This document shows positions 48,104 through 58,520 of a DNA stretch of 64,000 nt, in pieces. The notes under the pieces were generated by a model, which worked only from the letters and a program-made list of their open reading frames with translations, was not told the DNA's origin and searched no databases. The position numbers and the translations under genes were made by a program. The stretch spans positions 15-64,014 of the forward strand of contig JAFAUQ010000007.1 in NCBI GenBank assembly GCA_019243195.1, in the 5' to 3' direction. Position 1 is the stretch's first letter. Each line of letters begins with the position of its first letter. This DNA is from Hyphomicrobiales bacterium (lineage in GTDB: Bacteria; Pseudomonadota; Alphaproteobacteria; Rhizobiales; Xanthobacteraceae).

Positions 48104-49086
48104 CGCGGCGTGGCGGCGCGGGCGAGCCGGTCGTTGATCGCCTCGCCCAAGCCGTCGCGCGGTACCGGCATGGCGGCGATTGCGCGCGCGCCGGCGCGGT
48201 CGAGTGCGCGCAGATGGGCGAACAGGTTCGCGGCGGCTTCGACCAGGTCGGCGCTCGGCGAGAGGTTGAGCACGGCCACCGCCTGCGCGGCACCGGGCGG
48301 CACGGTTGGCCCAAAGGCGAGCAGGGCCTCGTGCGGTTCGACTCTGGTCGCTCCAAGCCGCAGCCGCGTGATTGGCGCGTAATGGGAAGGAAGCATGCCG
48401 GGCGCTTGCGGCCCGTTGGCTTGTGCGGACGCGGGTTCGCCGAGCGGCGCTGGCAAGACATCCTCGATCGCGGCGCGCGCGACCCCGCCCGGCCGCAGCA
48501 GCACCGGATCATCGGAGAGGCACGACACGATGGTCGATTCAACACCCACCCGCGTCGGCCCGGCATCGAGGATGAGATCGATACGCCTGCCGAGGTCGGC
48601 CGCCACGTGGGCGGCGGCGGTGGGCGACACATGGCCCGAGCGGTTCGCGGAAGGCGCCACCAGCGGCCGGCCGGCGGCTTCGATCAGAGCATGAGCGACC
48701 GGATGATCCGGAACGCGCACCGCGATCGTGTCGAGCCCCGCGGTCGCAATCTCGGCCACGGGGCAGTCGTCCGTCTTCGGCAGGACCAAGGTGAGGGGCC
48801 CGGGCCAGAACGCCGCGGCGAGCGTCGAGGCGGCCGCGTCGAATTTGGCCAAACCCTGCGCCATCGCCGGATCGGCCACGTGGACGATGAGCGGGTTGAA
48901 TTTCGGCCGGCCCTTGGCGGCGTAAAGCCGTGCCACCGCCGCGGCATTCGTACCGTCGGCGCCGAGGCCGTAGACCGTCTCGGTCGGAAACGCCACCAGC
49001 CCGCCCGCGCGGAGGATGCGCGCCGCCTCCGCGATCGCCTTCGCATCCGCGTGCATCGTGCGCGTTGCAATTTCGACAGTCATCAC
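48100..49086 (-). CDS. L-threonylcarbamoyladenylate synthase (Sua5/YwlC type)
   Basis: VAFPTETVYGLGADGTNAAAVARLYAAKGRPKFNPLIVHV...APSANRSGHVSPT plus a C-terminal Sua5 domain. Confidence 0.9.
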   Translation of the reverse strand: MMTVEIATRTMHADAKAIAEAARILRAGGLVAFPTETVYGLGADGTNAAAVARLYAAKGRPKFNPLIVHVADPAMAQGLAKFDAAASTLAAAFWPGPLTLVLPKTDDCPVAEIATAGLDTIAVRVPDHPVAHALIEAAGRPLVAPSANRSGHVSPTAAAHVAADLGRRIDLILDAGPTRVGVESTIVSCLSDDPVLLRPGGVARAAIEDVLPAPLGEPASAQANGPQAPGMLPSHYAPITRLRLGATRVEPHEALLAFGPTVPPGAAQAVAVLNLSPSADLVEAAANLFAHLRALDRAGARAIAAMPVPRDGLGEAINDRLARAATPR

Positions 49087-49205
49087 GCAACGCTCGTTGA
49101 CCCTGGGGGTGCGGGCACTAGATTGGGTGCTGCCGATCTGTGCGGCACTCGGTTCGGGCCGTAGCGCCGTAAATTGCCGGCCGTCAAGGCAATCGCGAGG
49201 ACCTC

Positions 49206-50984
49206 ATGACCTACCTGGCGCCCGTCGCCGACATCGCCTTCACGCTCAAGCACGCGGGCGGCTTCAAGCGTGCGCTCGAGGAGGGGCTGTACGGCGACCT
49301 TACGGAAGACCTTGTCGACGCAGTGCTCGAAGAGGCCGGCAAGTTCGCGACCGACGTGATCGCGCCGCTCAATCGGGTGGGCGATGTCCACGGCACGCCG
49401 TTCAAGGACGGCGCGGTGATCATGCCGCCCGGATGGAAGGAGGCTTACACGGCCTGGGCGGGGGCTGGCTGGAATGGGCTTGCCGCGCCGGCCGAGGCCG
49501 GCGGGCAGGGGCTGCCCCACGCGCTCAACGCCGCCTGCATCGAAATGTGGAACCAGGCGGCGATGGCTTTCGGTCTTGGCCCGTTTCTAACGATGGGCGC
49601 GGCCGAGGCGCTGGCGGCGCATGGCGCCGACGAAGTCAAGCGCACGTATCTCGCCAAGCTCGTCTCCGGCGAATGGATGGGCACCATGGAATTGACCGAG
49701 CCGCAAGCCGGCTCGGACGTGGGGGCGTTGCGCACGAAGGCGCAGCGTGCGGGCGACGGCAGCTATCGCATCGCCGGTCAGAAGATCTTCATCACATATG
49801 GCGAGCACGACCTCACCGACAACATCGTGCATTTCGTGTTGGCGCGGCTGCCCGACGCGCCGCCCGGCACGCGCGGCATTTCTTTGTTCCTGGTGCCGAA
49901 GTTCCTGGTCAACGCGGACGGCTCGCTCGGCGCGCGCAACGACCTGCGCTGCCACTCGATCGAACACAAGCTCGGCATCCACGGCTCGCCGACCTGCACC
50001 ATGGTGTACGGCGATCACGGGGGCGCCACCGGCTATCTGGTCGGCGAAGAGAACCGCGGCCTCGCTTGCATGTTCACGATGATGAACAATGCGCGTCTGG
50101 CGGTCGGCTTGCAGGGTGTCGCCATCGCCGAGCGCGCCACCCAGCAGGCGCTCGCCTACGCGCATGAGCGCCGGCAAGGCCGCGCGCTCGGCGCATCGGA
50201 GTCGTCCAGCTTGATCATCGCCCATGCCGACGTTCGGCGCATGCTGCTCACCATGCGCGCGCTCACGTGTGCGGCGCGCGCGATCTGCTACGCCACCGCG
50301 GCGGCGATCGACCGCTCGCATCGCGCGGCGGATACCGCCGCACGGCAGACCGCGCACGAGCGTGCGTCGCTGCTGACGCCCATCGCCAAGGCGTTCTCGA
50401 CCGACATCGGCGTCGAGGTTGCCTCGCTCGGCGTTCAGGTGCATGGCGGGATGGGCTACGTGGAGGAAACCGGCGCGGCCCAGCATCTGCGCGACGCGCG
50501 CATTGCCATGATCTACGAAGGCACCAACGGCATCCAATCGATCGATCTCGTCACCCGGAAAGTGCCGCTCGCGGGCGGCGCGACGGTGAGAGCCTATCTC
50601 GATGAGCTGCGCGAAACGGTCGCGGCGGTGCAGGCGGTCAATGATCCCGCGATGGGAGCGACCGGTGTGCGGCTCCAAGAAGCGGTCGAGAGTCTCGATC
50701 GCACGACCGGGTGGATTGCCGAGCAGCTCGACGCCGCGCCCGAGGCGGCGCTCGCCGGCGCGACGCCTTATCTGCGGCTGTTTGCACTTGCCGCCGGCGG
50801 ATGCGCGCTCGCGAGCGACGCGTTGGCGGCACGCGCGAGCGGGAACGGCGCCGGCAACGGCGCCCATGTTTCGCTGGCGCGGTTTTTTGCCGAGAATATC
50901 GCCGTGTCGGCGCCTGCCCTCGAACGCACGGTGGTTGAAGGCGCCGCCAGCGTGAACGAGGCCCACGCGGCGCTAGCGAGCTGA
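49206..50984 (+). CDS. acyl-CoA dehydrogenase (long, about 590-aa type)
   Basis: MELTEPQAGSD, QKIFITYGEHD, VHGGMGYVEETGAAQHLRDARIAMIYEGTNGIQ. Confidence 0.9.
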   Translation: MTYLAPVADIAFTLKHAGGFKRALEEGLYGDLTEDLVDAVLEEAGKFATDVIAPLNRVGDVHGTPFKDGAVIMPPGWKEAYTAWAGAGWNGLAAPAEAGGQGLPHALNAACIEMWNQAAMAFGLGPFLTMGAAEALAAHGADEVKRTYLAKLVSGEWMGTMELTEPQAGSDVGALRTKAQRAGDGSYRIAGQKIFITYGEHDLTDNIVHFVLARLPDAPPGTRGISLFLVPKFLVNADGSLGARNDLRCHSIEHKLGIHGSPTCTMVYGDHGGATGYLVGEENRGLACMFTMMNNARLAVGLQGVAIAERATQQALAYAHERRQGRALGASESSSLIIAHADVRRMLLTMRALTCAARAICYATAAAIDRSHRAADTAARQTAHERASLLTPIAKAFSTDIGVEVASLGVQVHGGMGYVEETGAAQHLRDARIAMIYEGTNGIQSIDLVTRKVPLAGGATVRAYLDELRETVAAVQAVNDPAMGATGVRLQEAVESLDRTTGWIAEQLDAAPEAALAGATPYLRLFALAAGGCALASDALAARASGNGAGNGAHVSLARFFAENIAVSAPALERTVVEGAASVNEAHAALAS

Positions 50985-50999
50985 GACGCGCCGGGAGCT

Positions 51000-51872
51000 T
51001 TGATGGCGGGCCTTCAGGGAAAGACGCTGTTCATCACCGGTGCTTCGCGCGGTATCGGCCTCGCAATCGCGCTCGCCGCCGCGCGCGACGGTGCCAACAT
51101 CGCTGTCGCGGCGAAGACCGAGGCGCCGCACCCGAAGTTGCCCGGGACGATTCACACGGCTGCGGCTGAAATCGAGAAAGCCGGCGGGCGGGCGCTCCCG
51201 CTCGTTGTCGACGTCCGCGACGAAGCTTCGGTGGGGGACGCGATCGAGCGCACCGTCGCCGCCTTTGGCACCCTCGACATCGTGGTCAACAACGCGAGCG
51301 CGATCCAGCTTACCGGAACCCTCGAGACCGACATGCGCCGTTTCGATCTGATGCATCAGGTCAACGCGCGCGGCACCTTCATGGTCTCGAAATATGCGAT
51401 CCGGCATCTGGAGAAGGCGACGAACCCGCATATCCTGATGCTCTCGCCGCCGCTCGACCTGAAGGAAAAATGGTTCGCCGGCCATACCGCTTATTCCATG
51501 GCGAAATATGGGATGAGCCTCGTGACCCTGGGGCTGGCGGGCGAATTGCGGCCGAAGGGCATCGCGGTGAATGCGCTGTGGCCGCGCACTACGATCGCCA
51601 CCTCGGCGATCAAGAATCTGCTCGGCGGCGACGCGATCATCCGCCGCTCGCGCACCCCTGAGATTCTCGCCGATGCCGCCTGCCGCATCTTCGCAAAGCC
51701 GGCGAAGAGCTTCACCGGACATTTCCTCATCGACGACACCTTCCTGGCGGCGGAAGGCGTGACCGACTTCGATCGCTACCGGGTCGATCCGCGCGAGCCG
51801 CTGGCGCCTGACTTCTTCGTGCCCGACGACGACCAGCCGCCGCCCGGCGTCAGCCTCGCCGCGAAATCTTGA
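51000..51872 (+). CDS. SDR family oxidoreductase (HSDL2-like)
   Basis: TLFITGASRGIGLAIA, NNASAI, YSMAKYG catalytic YxxxK. Confidence 0.85.
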   Translation: MMAGLQGKTLFITGASRGIGLAIALAAARDGANIAVAAKTEAPHPKLPGTIHTAAAEIEKAGGRALPLVVDVRDEASVGDAIERTVAAFGTLDIVVNNASAIQLTGTLETDMRRFDLMHQVNARGTFMVSKYAIRHLEKATNPHILMLSPPLDLKEKWFAGHTAYSMAKYGMSLVTLGLAGELRPKGIAVNALWPRTTIATSAIKNLLGGDAIIRRSRTPEILADAACRIFAKPAKSFTGHFLIDDTFLAAEGVTDFDRYRVDPREPLAPDFFVPDDDQPPPGVSLAAKS

Positions 51873-51894
51873 TCCGCATCGAACGACGGACGTC

Positions 51895-52824
51895 ATGCCA
51901 ACGCTGCTGCTCACCCATCCCGCCTGCCTCGATCACGTCACGCCGATGGGGCATCCGGAGCGGCCGGACCGACTGCGCGCGATCGAGCGCATCCTCGAGC
52001 ATGAGCGCTTTGCGACCCTGGCGCGGGTACAGGCCCCGGCCGCCGCGCTCGAGACCATCGCGTTGTGTCATCCGGTGGATTACATCGAGCGCATTCGCGA
52101 GGCGACGCCGCGCGATGGCTTGGCGCATCTCGATGCGGACACCTCGATGTCGCCCGGCAGTTTCGAGGCGGCGCTGCGCGCGGCAGGCGGCGCCGTGCAG
52201 GCCGTCGACGACGTAATGGCGAAAGCCGCCGACAACGCCTTCGTGGCGACGCGGCCGCCCGGCCATCACGCGGAGACCGCGCGGCCGATGGGTTTTTGCC
52301 TGTTCAACAATGCGGCGATTGCCGCCCGTTATGCGCAGAAGCGATACGGGATGGAGCGCGCCGCGATCGTCGATTTCGACGTGCACCACGGCAATGGGTC
52401 GCAGGAAATTTTCTGGGACGACCCGACCGTGATGTACTGCTCGACGCACCAAATGCCGCTTTATCCCGGCACCGGCTCCGCGCGCGAGCGCGGCGAGCAC
52501 GGCACCATCGTCAACGCGCCGCTCGATCCCGGCGACGGAGGCGCTGAGTTCCGCGAGGCATTCGAAACCGCGATCCTGCCGCGGCTCAAGGAGTTCCACC
52601 CGGACATCATCGTGATCTCCGCCGGGTTCGACGCGCACGCGCGCGATCCGCTCGCCAACCTCAACCTGCTGGAGCCGGACTTCGCCTGGGCGACCCAGAA
52701 GCTCATGGAGATCGCCGATACGCACGCCGCGGGGCGGGTGGTATCGGTGCTCGAAGGGGGCTACGACCTCGAGGGGCTCGCGCGTTCGGTGGCCGCGCAC
52801 GTGATGGTGCTGATGCGCGGTTGA
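51895..52824 (+). CDS. histone deacetylase-family (acetylpolyamine/acetoin-utilisation type) amidohydrolase
   Basis: RPPGHHAE, DFDVHHGNGSQ, GFDAH..DPLA, LEGGYD. Confidence 0.9.
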   Translation: MPTLLLTHPACLDHVTPMGHPERPDRLRAIERILEHERFATLARVQAPAAALETIALCHPVDYIERIREATPRDGLAHLDADTSMSPGSFEAALRAAGGAVQAVDDVMAKAADNAFVATRPPGHHAETARPMGFCLFNNAAIAARYAQKRYGMERAAIVDFDVHHGNGSQEIFWDDPTVMYCSTHQMPLYPGTGSARERGEHGTIVNAPLDPGDGGAEFREAFETAILPRLKEFHPDIIVISAGFDAHARDPLANLNLLEPDFAWATQKLMEIADTHAAGRVVSVLEGGYDLEGLARSVAAHVMVLMRG

Positions 52825-52914
52825 GGGCGGTGTCGCAGGCGAGAGTCGCGCCTCGCTTCCCTGGCGGCGAACCCGCTACAATACTGCAAAACGAGTCGCA
52901 CCCGGGATGAGGTT

Positions 52915-53166
52915 ATGGCCGAGACCGCCAATGCCGACGTGAAGGCGCTGCCGTTCGAAAAGGCGCTCGCCGAGCTGGAAACGATCGTGCAGAAGCTCGA
53001 GCGCGGCGACGTGCCGCTCGAGGAGTCGGTGGCGATCTACGAGCGCGGCGAAGCGCTCAAGCGCCGGTGCGAGGAGTTGCTGCGGCAAGCCGAAGCGCGC
53101 GTCGACAAGATCACCCTCGATGCGTCCGGCAAGCCGGCCGGCACCGAGCCGCTCGACGTTGGCTGA
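52915..53166 (+). CDS. xseB: exodeoxyribonuclease VII small subunit
   Basis: 83 aa; [43 protein letters not shown]. Confidence 0.9.
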   Translation: MAETANADVKALPFEKALAELETIVQKLERGDVPLEESVAIYERGEALKRRCEELLRQAEARVDKITLDASGKPAGTEPLDVG

Positions 53167-53205
53167 GCGTTGGCCGCGCGGCCGCACTGGCCGGCGAGGT
53201 GAAGA

Positions 53206-54432
53206 GTGATCCGGCGGCGGCATGTTTTCTATGTCGAGGGCTGGGACCCGCGGGGCGCGGAAGGCTATCACCGTCTGTTCGCCCGCGAGCTTTCCCGTTT
53301 CAGCAAGACCTGGGAAATCGAGGCGAGCGTGAGCGAGCTTGTCGTCGACAGCGACGACATGGCTCATTGGACGGTCGCAACGAAGGCGCCGGACTGGCAG
53401 ACATCCACGCGCTACGAGTTCGTGCGCTTCGAACACGTGGTCACGGCCGCGGCGCGGCGGCCGATGCTGCGGCAGATTCCGCGCACGCTGCACTGGATGT
53501 TCGACGATGTGGCGAGCGGCGCGTTGTGGCGCACAGTACGTGCCGCATGGCGCTTCGCTCTGCACCTCATGGTGCTGCAAGCCCCGCTGTTGGGTTGGCT
53601 CGCACTGACGATTGTCGCGGGATGCGCCGCCGGGTTTGCGGTTGCGCGCGCGACGGCATCTGTACCGACCGGGCTCTTGACCGCGGGCGTCATCTGGGCC
53701 GCTTTGTTTGCTCTGCTGCGGCCGCTGACAGATCGTTCGGTGTTGATGCAAGTAGCGAACGGCTGGCCGATCATGCGCGACTTCGCGCGCGGCCGGCCGA
53801 GCGGCTACGATCGGCCGGTCGAAGCTTTTGCCGAGCGGCTGGTGGCGGCCGCGCGCGGCGGCGAGGCCGATGAAATCCTCGTCATCGGCCACAGCGCGGG
53901 CGGCCTGACGGCACCCATCGTCACTACCCGCGCGCTCCAAATCGATCCTGACCTCGGCCGTCACGGCCCGCGCGTCACCCTTGTGACGGTCGGCTCGCTG
54001 CTGCCGGCCTTTGCGCTCCACCCGGCAGCCGAACGCATGCGGGTGGCGGTCCGGCGGCTTGCGATCGACCCCGCGGTGCGCTGGGTCGATTGCCAGGCAC
54101 GCAAGGACATCATGAACTTCTGGGACTTCGATCCGGTGGGCGGCGTCGGAGTCGAAATCTCCGGTGCGCGCACGAACCCGATCGTGTGGCCGGTGCGGCT
54201 ACGCGACATGCTCACCGACGCCGCCTACGACCGCGTGCGCGGCAGCCAGTTCCGCATGCATTATCAGTACGTCATGGCGAACGACCGGCGCGCGCCCTAC
54301 GACTATTTCATGCTGGTGTGCGGGCCGGTGCCGGCAACCGAGTGGGCCGCCGAGCCCGATGCCGTCGTCAAGCGCTTCGGCGAGCGCGCGGTCTATCCGG
54401 CCGTGGACATGCACACGGCGCAAGCGCTCTAA
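53206..54432 (+). CDS. hypothetical membrane-associated protein with lipase-like GHSAGG motif
   Basis: GTG start; central TM segments; ILVIGHSAGG resembles a GxSxG nucleophile elbow. Confidence 0.6.
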   Translation: MIRRRHVFYVEGWDPRGAEGYHRLFARELSRFSKTWEIEASVSELVVDSDDMAHWTVATKAPDWQTSTRYEFVRFEHVVTAAARRPMLRQIPRTLHWMFDDVASGALWRTVRAAWRFALHLMVLQAPLLGWLALTIVAGCAAGFAVARATASVPTGLLTAGVIWAALFALLRPLTDRSVLMQVANGWPIMRDFARGRPSGYDRPVEAFAERLVAAARGGEADEILVIGHSAGGLTAPIVTTRALQIDPDLGRHGPRVTLVTVGSLLPAFALHPAAERMRVAVRRLAIDPAVRWVDCQARKDIMNFWDFDPVGGVGVEISGARTNPIVWPVRLRDMLTDAAYDRVRGSQFRMHYQYVMANDRRAPYDYFMLVCGPVPATEWAAEPDAVVKRFGERAVYPAVDMHTAQAL

Positions 54433-55259
54433 CTCGTGCCCTCCGGCCGGCGGCGCGGCCAGCCTTCCGGCCGCGTCTTCGCTCGCTGCGATTGGTTGGC
54501 CGCAACGAGCCTCAGCATCAAGCCGCGCGGCAGCACCCGCGGGATGAACGTGACAAATTTGTTGGCAAGGCCTGGAACCACGAGACGCTTGCCGCCCATC
54601 AAGCCTTTGTAGCCGGCACGCGCGACCTGTTCGGCCGAGCACGCGAGAATCAGGGGCAGGTTACGGCCCAGGCCCGCGCGTGCCTGAAACTCGGTCGGGA
54701 CCGGACCGGGCGCCAGCACCGTGACGCGGACACCGCGTCGCTTGAGTTCGTGGTACAGCGCTTCGCTGAACGATAGCACGTACGATTTAGTGGCGTAATA
54801 AACGGCCATATTCGGCCCCGACATGAAGCCCGCGACCGAGGCGACGTTGAGGATGCCGCCGCGATGGCGTGTGAGACTGTCGATCCAGCGCAGCGACATG
54901 TCGGTCAGCGTGCGCACGTTGAGATCGATCATGGCGAGCTGTTCGGCGCGGTCGAGCGTAGCCGCCGCTCCGACGAGGCCGAAGCCCGCATTGTTGATGA
55001 CGACGGCGGCCTCGAGACCGCGCGCGATCAGCTCGTGGGAGATGCGGGCGGGGGCGTCGCTGCGGGCAAGGTCGATCGAAAGCACCAGCGGGCGTTTACG
55101 GTTGGCGGCGGCGATCTCGTCGGCAAGCGCCGTAAGTTCCGGCTCGCGCCGCGCCACGAGCGCGAGTTCATGCCCGTGCTCGGCAAAGACGTGCGCAAGC
55201 GCCCTGCCGATACCGGAGGACGCTCCGGTGAGCACGGTGACGGGTCGGTAAAGCGCCAT
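54429..55259 (-). CDS. SDR family oxidoreductase
   Basis: VLTGASSGIGRALA, NNAGFG, YYATKSY (YxxxK). Confidence 0.85.
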   Translation of the reverse strand: MALYRPVTVLTGASSGIGRALAHVFAEHGHELALVARREPELTALADEIAAANRKRPLVLSIDLARSDAPARISHELIARGLEAAVVINNAGFGLVGAAATLDRAEQLAMIDLNVRTLTDMSLRWIDSLTRHRGGILNVASVAGFMSGPNMAVYYATKSYVLSFSEALYHELKRRGVRVTVLAPGPVPTEFQARAGLGRNLPLILACSAEQVARAGYKGLMGGKRLVVPGLANKFVTFIPRVLPRGLMLRLVAANQSQRAKTRPEGWPRRRPEGTS

Positions 55260-55466
55260 GCGTCTCCTCGAGGCGAAGTCTGGTAGGGCGCCGGCAGCCC
55301 GGACTTTTTGCGTCAAACCGTCGCGACGGCATACGGCGGCGGCTTAAGAAACGCCAGCGCCGGGGCTGTTTGATGCACTGCGAGGTGAAAAACGCATGCG
55401 CCCGCTTTTCTTTTCCGGCATTTAGCGCTTTATTGCGCGCCGGGAGCGCTGTGCCACGAGGGGACC

Positions 55467-55652
55467 ATGCTGAGTAGGCCGATCATCCAGAAGCTTATGT
55501 GCGTCGCATTGGTTACGAGCGTGGTTTTCCCGCTCGGACGCATGGCTTATCCATATGTCGCGCATGACATTGGCGACCTGTCGTTCGGGGCAATCCAGGC
55601 GATCTTCACCGCCACCTTGGGCATGGGCATCTACGCGGTTTTCTTCGTGTAG
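55467..55652 (+). CDS. possible small membrane protein
   Basis: 61-aa ORF with two hydrophobic segments; weak support only. Confidence 0.3.
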   Translation: MLSRPIIQKLMCVALVTSVVFPLGRMAYPYVAHDIGDLSFGAIQAIFTATLGMGIYAVFFV

Positions 55653-55659
55653 ACCTGTT

Positions 55660-56127
55660 TTACCGCCGCAGGCACGCCTTCTCGAAATCTGCCACATGGG
55701 GCGCCGCGTCCTTTAGTGGAATTGCCGTCGGCTTGCCCGCGACATCGATCGTGAGCGAGGAGCCGGCTTTCAATAACGCGATCAGCTTCGGGTCGGCCGC
55801 GACCGAGACTTCGATGTTCACGGTCCCATCCATCTCATTGGCGACCGTCTGGCCGGGGTAGTCGAGAACCGCGGTCCCGTTGCTGAGTTTGAGATGGGCG
55901 GTCCGGCCGGGGACGAGACCGGCCGAACCGATGAACTCATTGATGTGCATGCTCTTCTTGCCGGGCTCACAGGTGATCACCAGGACCGCGTCGTCGGAAT
56001 CCGGTGTGCCGTATTGCAGGACGGCGGTGTCGGAATCGAAGTTGAACATCCAGGTGCGTGCCTCCTGCGCCCCGCCCGGCGCAGCAAGGACGAGAGCGAG
56101 CGAGGAGATGACTGCGGTTCGTTTCAT
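55660..56127 (-). CDS. secreted hypothetical protein
   Basis: GGAGGGAG SD before the ATG; signal peptide MKRTAVISSLALVLAAPGGAQE. Confidence 0.65.
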   Translation of the reverse strand: MKRTAVISSLALVLAAPGGAQEARTWMFNFDSDTAVLQYGTPDSDDAVLVITCEPGKKSMHINEFIGSAGLVPGRTAHLKLSNGTAVLDYPGQTVANEMDGTVNIEVSVAADPKLIALLKAGSSLTIDVAGKPTAIPLKDAAPHVADFEKACLRR

Positions 56128-56185
56128 GCCACTCCCTCCGCGGGTCGCGTGTAGCCCGGCAAAATGATCGAGTTGTGGCGGCGGG

Positions 56186-56509
56186 TAGTGTGGCGATTCA
56201 GAAGTCCGCATCATTCTTGCGGGCCGAGTCCGAGATGCGGACTTCTGAACCAAAGCCACACTAGAATCAATAAGTTGCGAGTGCCCTTCGATTCCGAAGT
56301 TCGCAATAGTGCCGCGAACCCGAAGCTCGCCCGGAAGTGAGGGAAGCGCGTTGCGAGCTTCGGGTTCAAAGCGGCACTAGAATCATAGCGTTTGCTGGTG
56401 TTCTTCGATTCCAAAGTTCGCATCGAACGTGCCGCGAGGTTGGGCGAACTTCGGAATCGGAACACCAGCCGTGTGCCGCAAAATGATGGGAACTTCGGAA
56501 TCGGGGCAC
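56186..56509. repeat. block of four nested/tandem palindromic units (two families)
   Basis: Hairpins 56186-56212/56234-56263, 56307-56330/56353-56379 and 56397-56421/56444-56466. Outer pair 56281-56304/56488-56509 encloses the last two. Confidence 0.7.
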
Positions 56510-56581
56510 TAGTCCGATCGGACCTTGCGCCGCCCGTGGTCAATGCGCTTTGATCCCCCTAATTACATTGGAAAGATCGCA

Positions 56582-57739
56582 ATGGACGTCGCGCGTACGG
56601 TTTCCGTTCTCGAAGGCCTCGTCGGCTTCGACACGACAAGCCGCAACTCGAACCTCGCGCTAGTCGACTGGGTCGAGTCCTACCTGGATCGCCTCGGGGT
56701 CGGCCACGCCCGTGTGCCGGACGAGACCGGCACCAAGTCGAACCTGATCGCGACGATCGGGAATCCTGATGTGCCAGGCTACATCCTGTCGGGCCACACC
56801 GATGTCGTTCCGGTCGACGGGCAGAACTGGTCGAGCGATCCGTTCCGGCTCGCCAAACGGGACGGACGCCTCTACGGCCGGGGCACTTCCGACATGAAGG
56901 GCTTCGTGGCGTGCTGCCTCGCCGCCGTGCCCGACATGCTCACCCGCGAGCTCAAGCAGCCGATTCATCTGGCGTTCTCGTATGACGAAGAAGTCGGCTG
57001 CATCGGCGTGCGGGGCATCATCGCGCGCCTGCACGATTGGCCAGTCAGGCCTGCCGCCTGCTTCGTCGGCGAGCCGACCTGCATGCAAGTCGTGATCGGA
57101 CATAAGGCCAAGCGCTCGGTGGCCGCGACCGTGCGCGGCCGGACAGTGCATTCCTCGCTCGCGCCGCTCGGCGTCAACGCGGTCGAGTATGCGGCACGGG
57201 TGATCAGCAAGATCCGCGACATTGCCGAGCGTCTGGCGCGCGAGGGCGCGCGCGATCCGCTCTATGACGTGCCCCATTCCACGGCCCATACCGGCTTGGT
57301 GCACGGCGGCTCGGCGCTCAACATCGTTCCCGATCAATGCACCTTCGAATACGAGTTTCGCACCATCGCGGCGGACGATCCGAACGTGCTGGCCGAGGAG
57401 GTTGCAAGCTACGCGCGCGACGTGCTCGAATCACAGATGAAGGCGGTCGCGCCGGAAGCCGGCATTACGTTCCGCGACCGCTCGAGCTTCCCGGGTCTCG
57501 ATACGGCGCCGAACTCAGACATCGTTGGGCTGAGCATGGCCTTCTCTGGTCGCAACGATCTCGCCAAGGTCGCCTTCGGCACCGAGGCGGGCGGCTACTC
57601 GGCCGACGGGATTCCGTCGGTCGTCGTTGGTCCCGGTTCGATCGACCAGGCGCACAAGGCCGATGAGTTCATCGCCGTTTCCGAACTCGAGAAATGCGGC
57701 GTATTCATCGATCGGCTGATCGAGCATTGCAGCGCATGA
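56582..57739 (+). CDS. argE: acetylornithine deacetylase (M20 family, ArgE-type)
   Basis: LVGFDTTSRNSNL, SGHTDVVPV, GRGTSDMKG, SYDEEVG. Confidence 0.8.
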   Translation: MDVARTVSVLEGLVGFDTTSRNSNLALVDWVESYLDRLGVGHARVPDETGTKSNLIATIGNPDVPGYILSGHTDVVPVDGQNWSSDPFRLAKRDGRLYGRGTSDMKGFVACCLAAVPDMLTRELKQPIHLAFSYDEEVGCIGVRGIIARLHDWPVRPAACFVGEPTCMQVVIGHKAKRSVAATVRGRTVHSSLAPLGVNAVEYAARVISKIRDIAERLAREGARDPLYDVPHSTAHTGLVHGGSALNIVPDQCTFEYEFRTIAADDPNVLAEEVASYARDVLESQMKAVAPEAGITFRDRSSFPGLDTAPNSDIVGLSMAFSGRNDLAKVAFGTEAGGYSADGIPSVVVGPGSIDQAHKADEFIAVSELEKCGVFIDRLIEHCSA

Positions 57740-57788
57740 TTCTTGAAAAAGATCATGCGCCAAACAAAAGCAGTCTAGGCGAAACTTT

Positions 57789-58520
57789 ATGAGTTTACGA
57801 CGGCGCGCCGACCGGCTTCTGGTCGAGCGCGGCCTGTTCGACAGCCGCGCCAAGGCGCAAGCAGCGATCGCGGCGGGTCTGGTCACGGCGAATGACGTGC
57901 CGGTGCGCAAACCCTCCGATGAATTACCGCTCGACGCGGCGCTGAGCGCGGAGCCGGCGCATCCCTGGGTATCGCGCGGTGGCGTCAAACTTGCGGCGGC
58001 GCTCGATCACTTCGGCTTCGATCCCGCCGGCCATATATGCCTTGACGTCGGCGCCTCGACCGGTGGCTTTACCCAGGTCCTGCTCGCGCGCGGCGCGGGC
58101 CACGTCTACGCGGTCGACGTGGGCCGGCATCAGTTCCATGCAAGCTTGCGGACCGAAGCGAACGTGGTGCTGTTCGAGGAAACCGACATCCGCAGCCTCG
58201 ACCCCGGCCGTCTGCCGGAGCCGCCGGATTTCCTGGTGGTCGACGTGAGTTTCATCTCGCTTAAGCTGGTGCTCCCGCCGGCAGTCGCGGTGCTGCGAAC
58301 GCCAGCCCGGTTGGTGGCGCTGATCAAGCCACAGTTCGAGGCCGGCCGTTCTCACCTCAAGAAGGGGATCGTACGCGACCCGCAAGTGCAGGCGGCGGTG
58401 TGCGAGGACATCGCGAGCTTTGTAGCGACGCTGGACTGGACCGTCGTCGGCGTCATCCCGTCGCCGATCACGGGCGGCGACGGCAATCGCGAGTTCCTGC
58501 TCGGAGCGACGCGTGGTTGA
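57789..58520 (+). CDS. tlyA: TlyA-family rRNA (cytidine-2'-O)-methyltransferase
   Basis: [22 protein letters not shown] (S4 domain), [31 protein letters not shown]. Confidence 0.9.
   Translation: MSLRRRADRLLVERGLFDSRAKAQAAIAAGLVTANDVPVRKPSDELPLDAALSAEPAHPWVSRGGVKLAAALDHFGFDPAGHICLDVGASTGGFTQVLLARGAGHVYAVDVGRHQFHASLRTEANVVLFEETDIRSLDPGRLPEPPDFLVVDVSFISLKLVLPPAVAVLRTPARLVALIKPQFEAGRSHLKKGIVRDPQVQAAVCEDIASFVATLDWTVVGVIPSPITGGDGNREFLLGATRG

Noticed and set aside
56186-56509. Possible CRISPR array
   Set aside because: The repeats are inverted and nested palindromes of two families with irregular spacing, and no cas genes are nearby.
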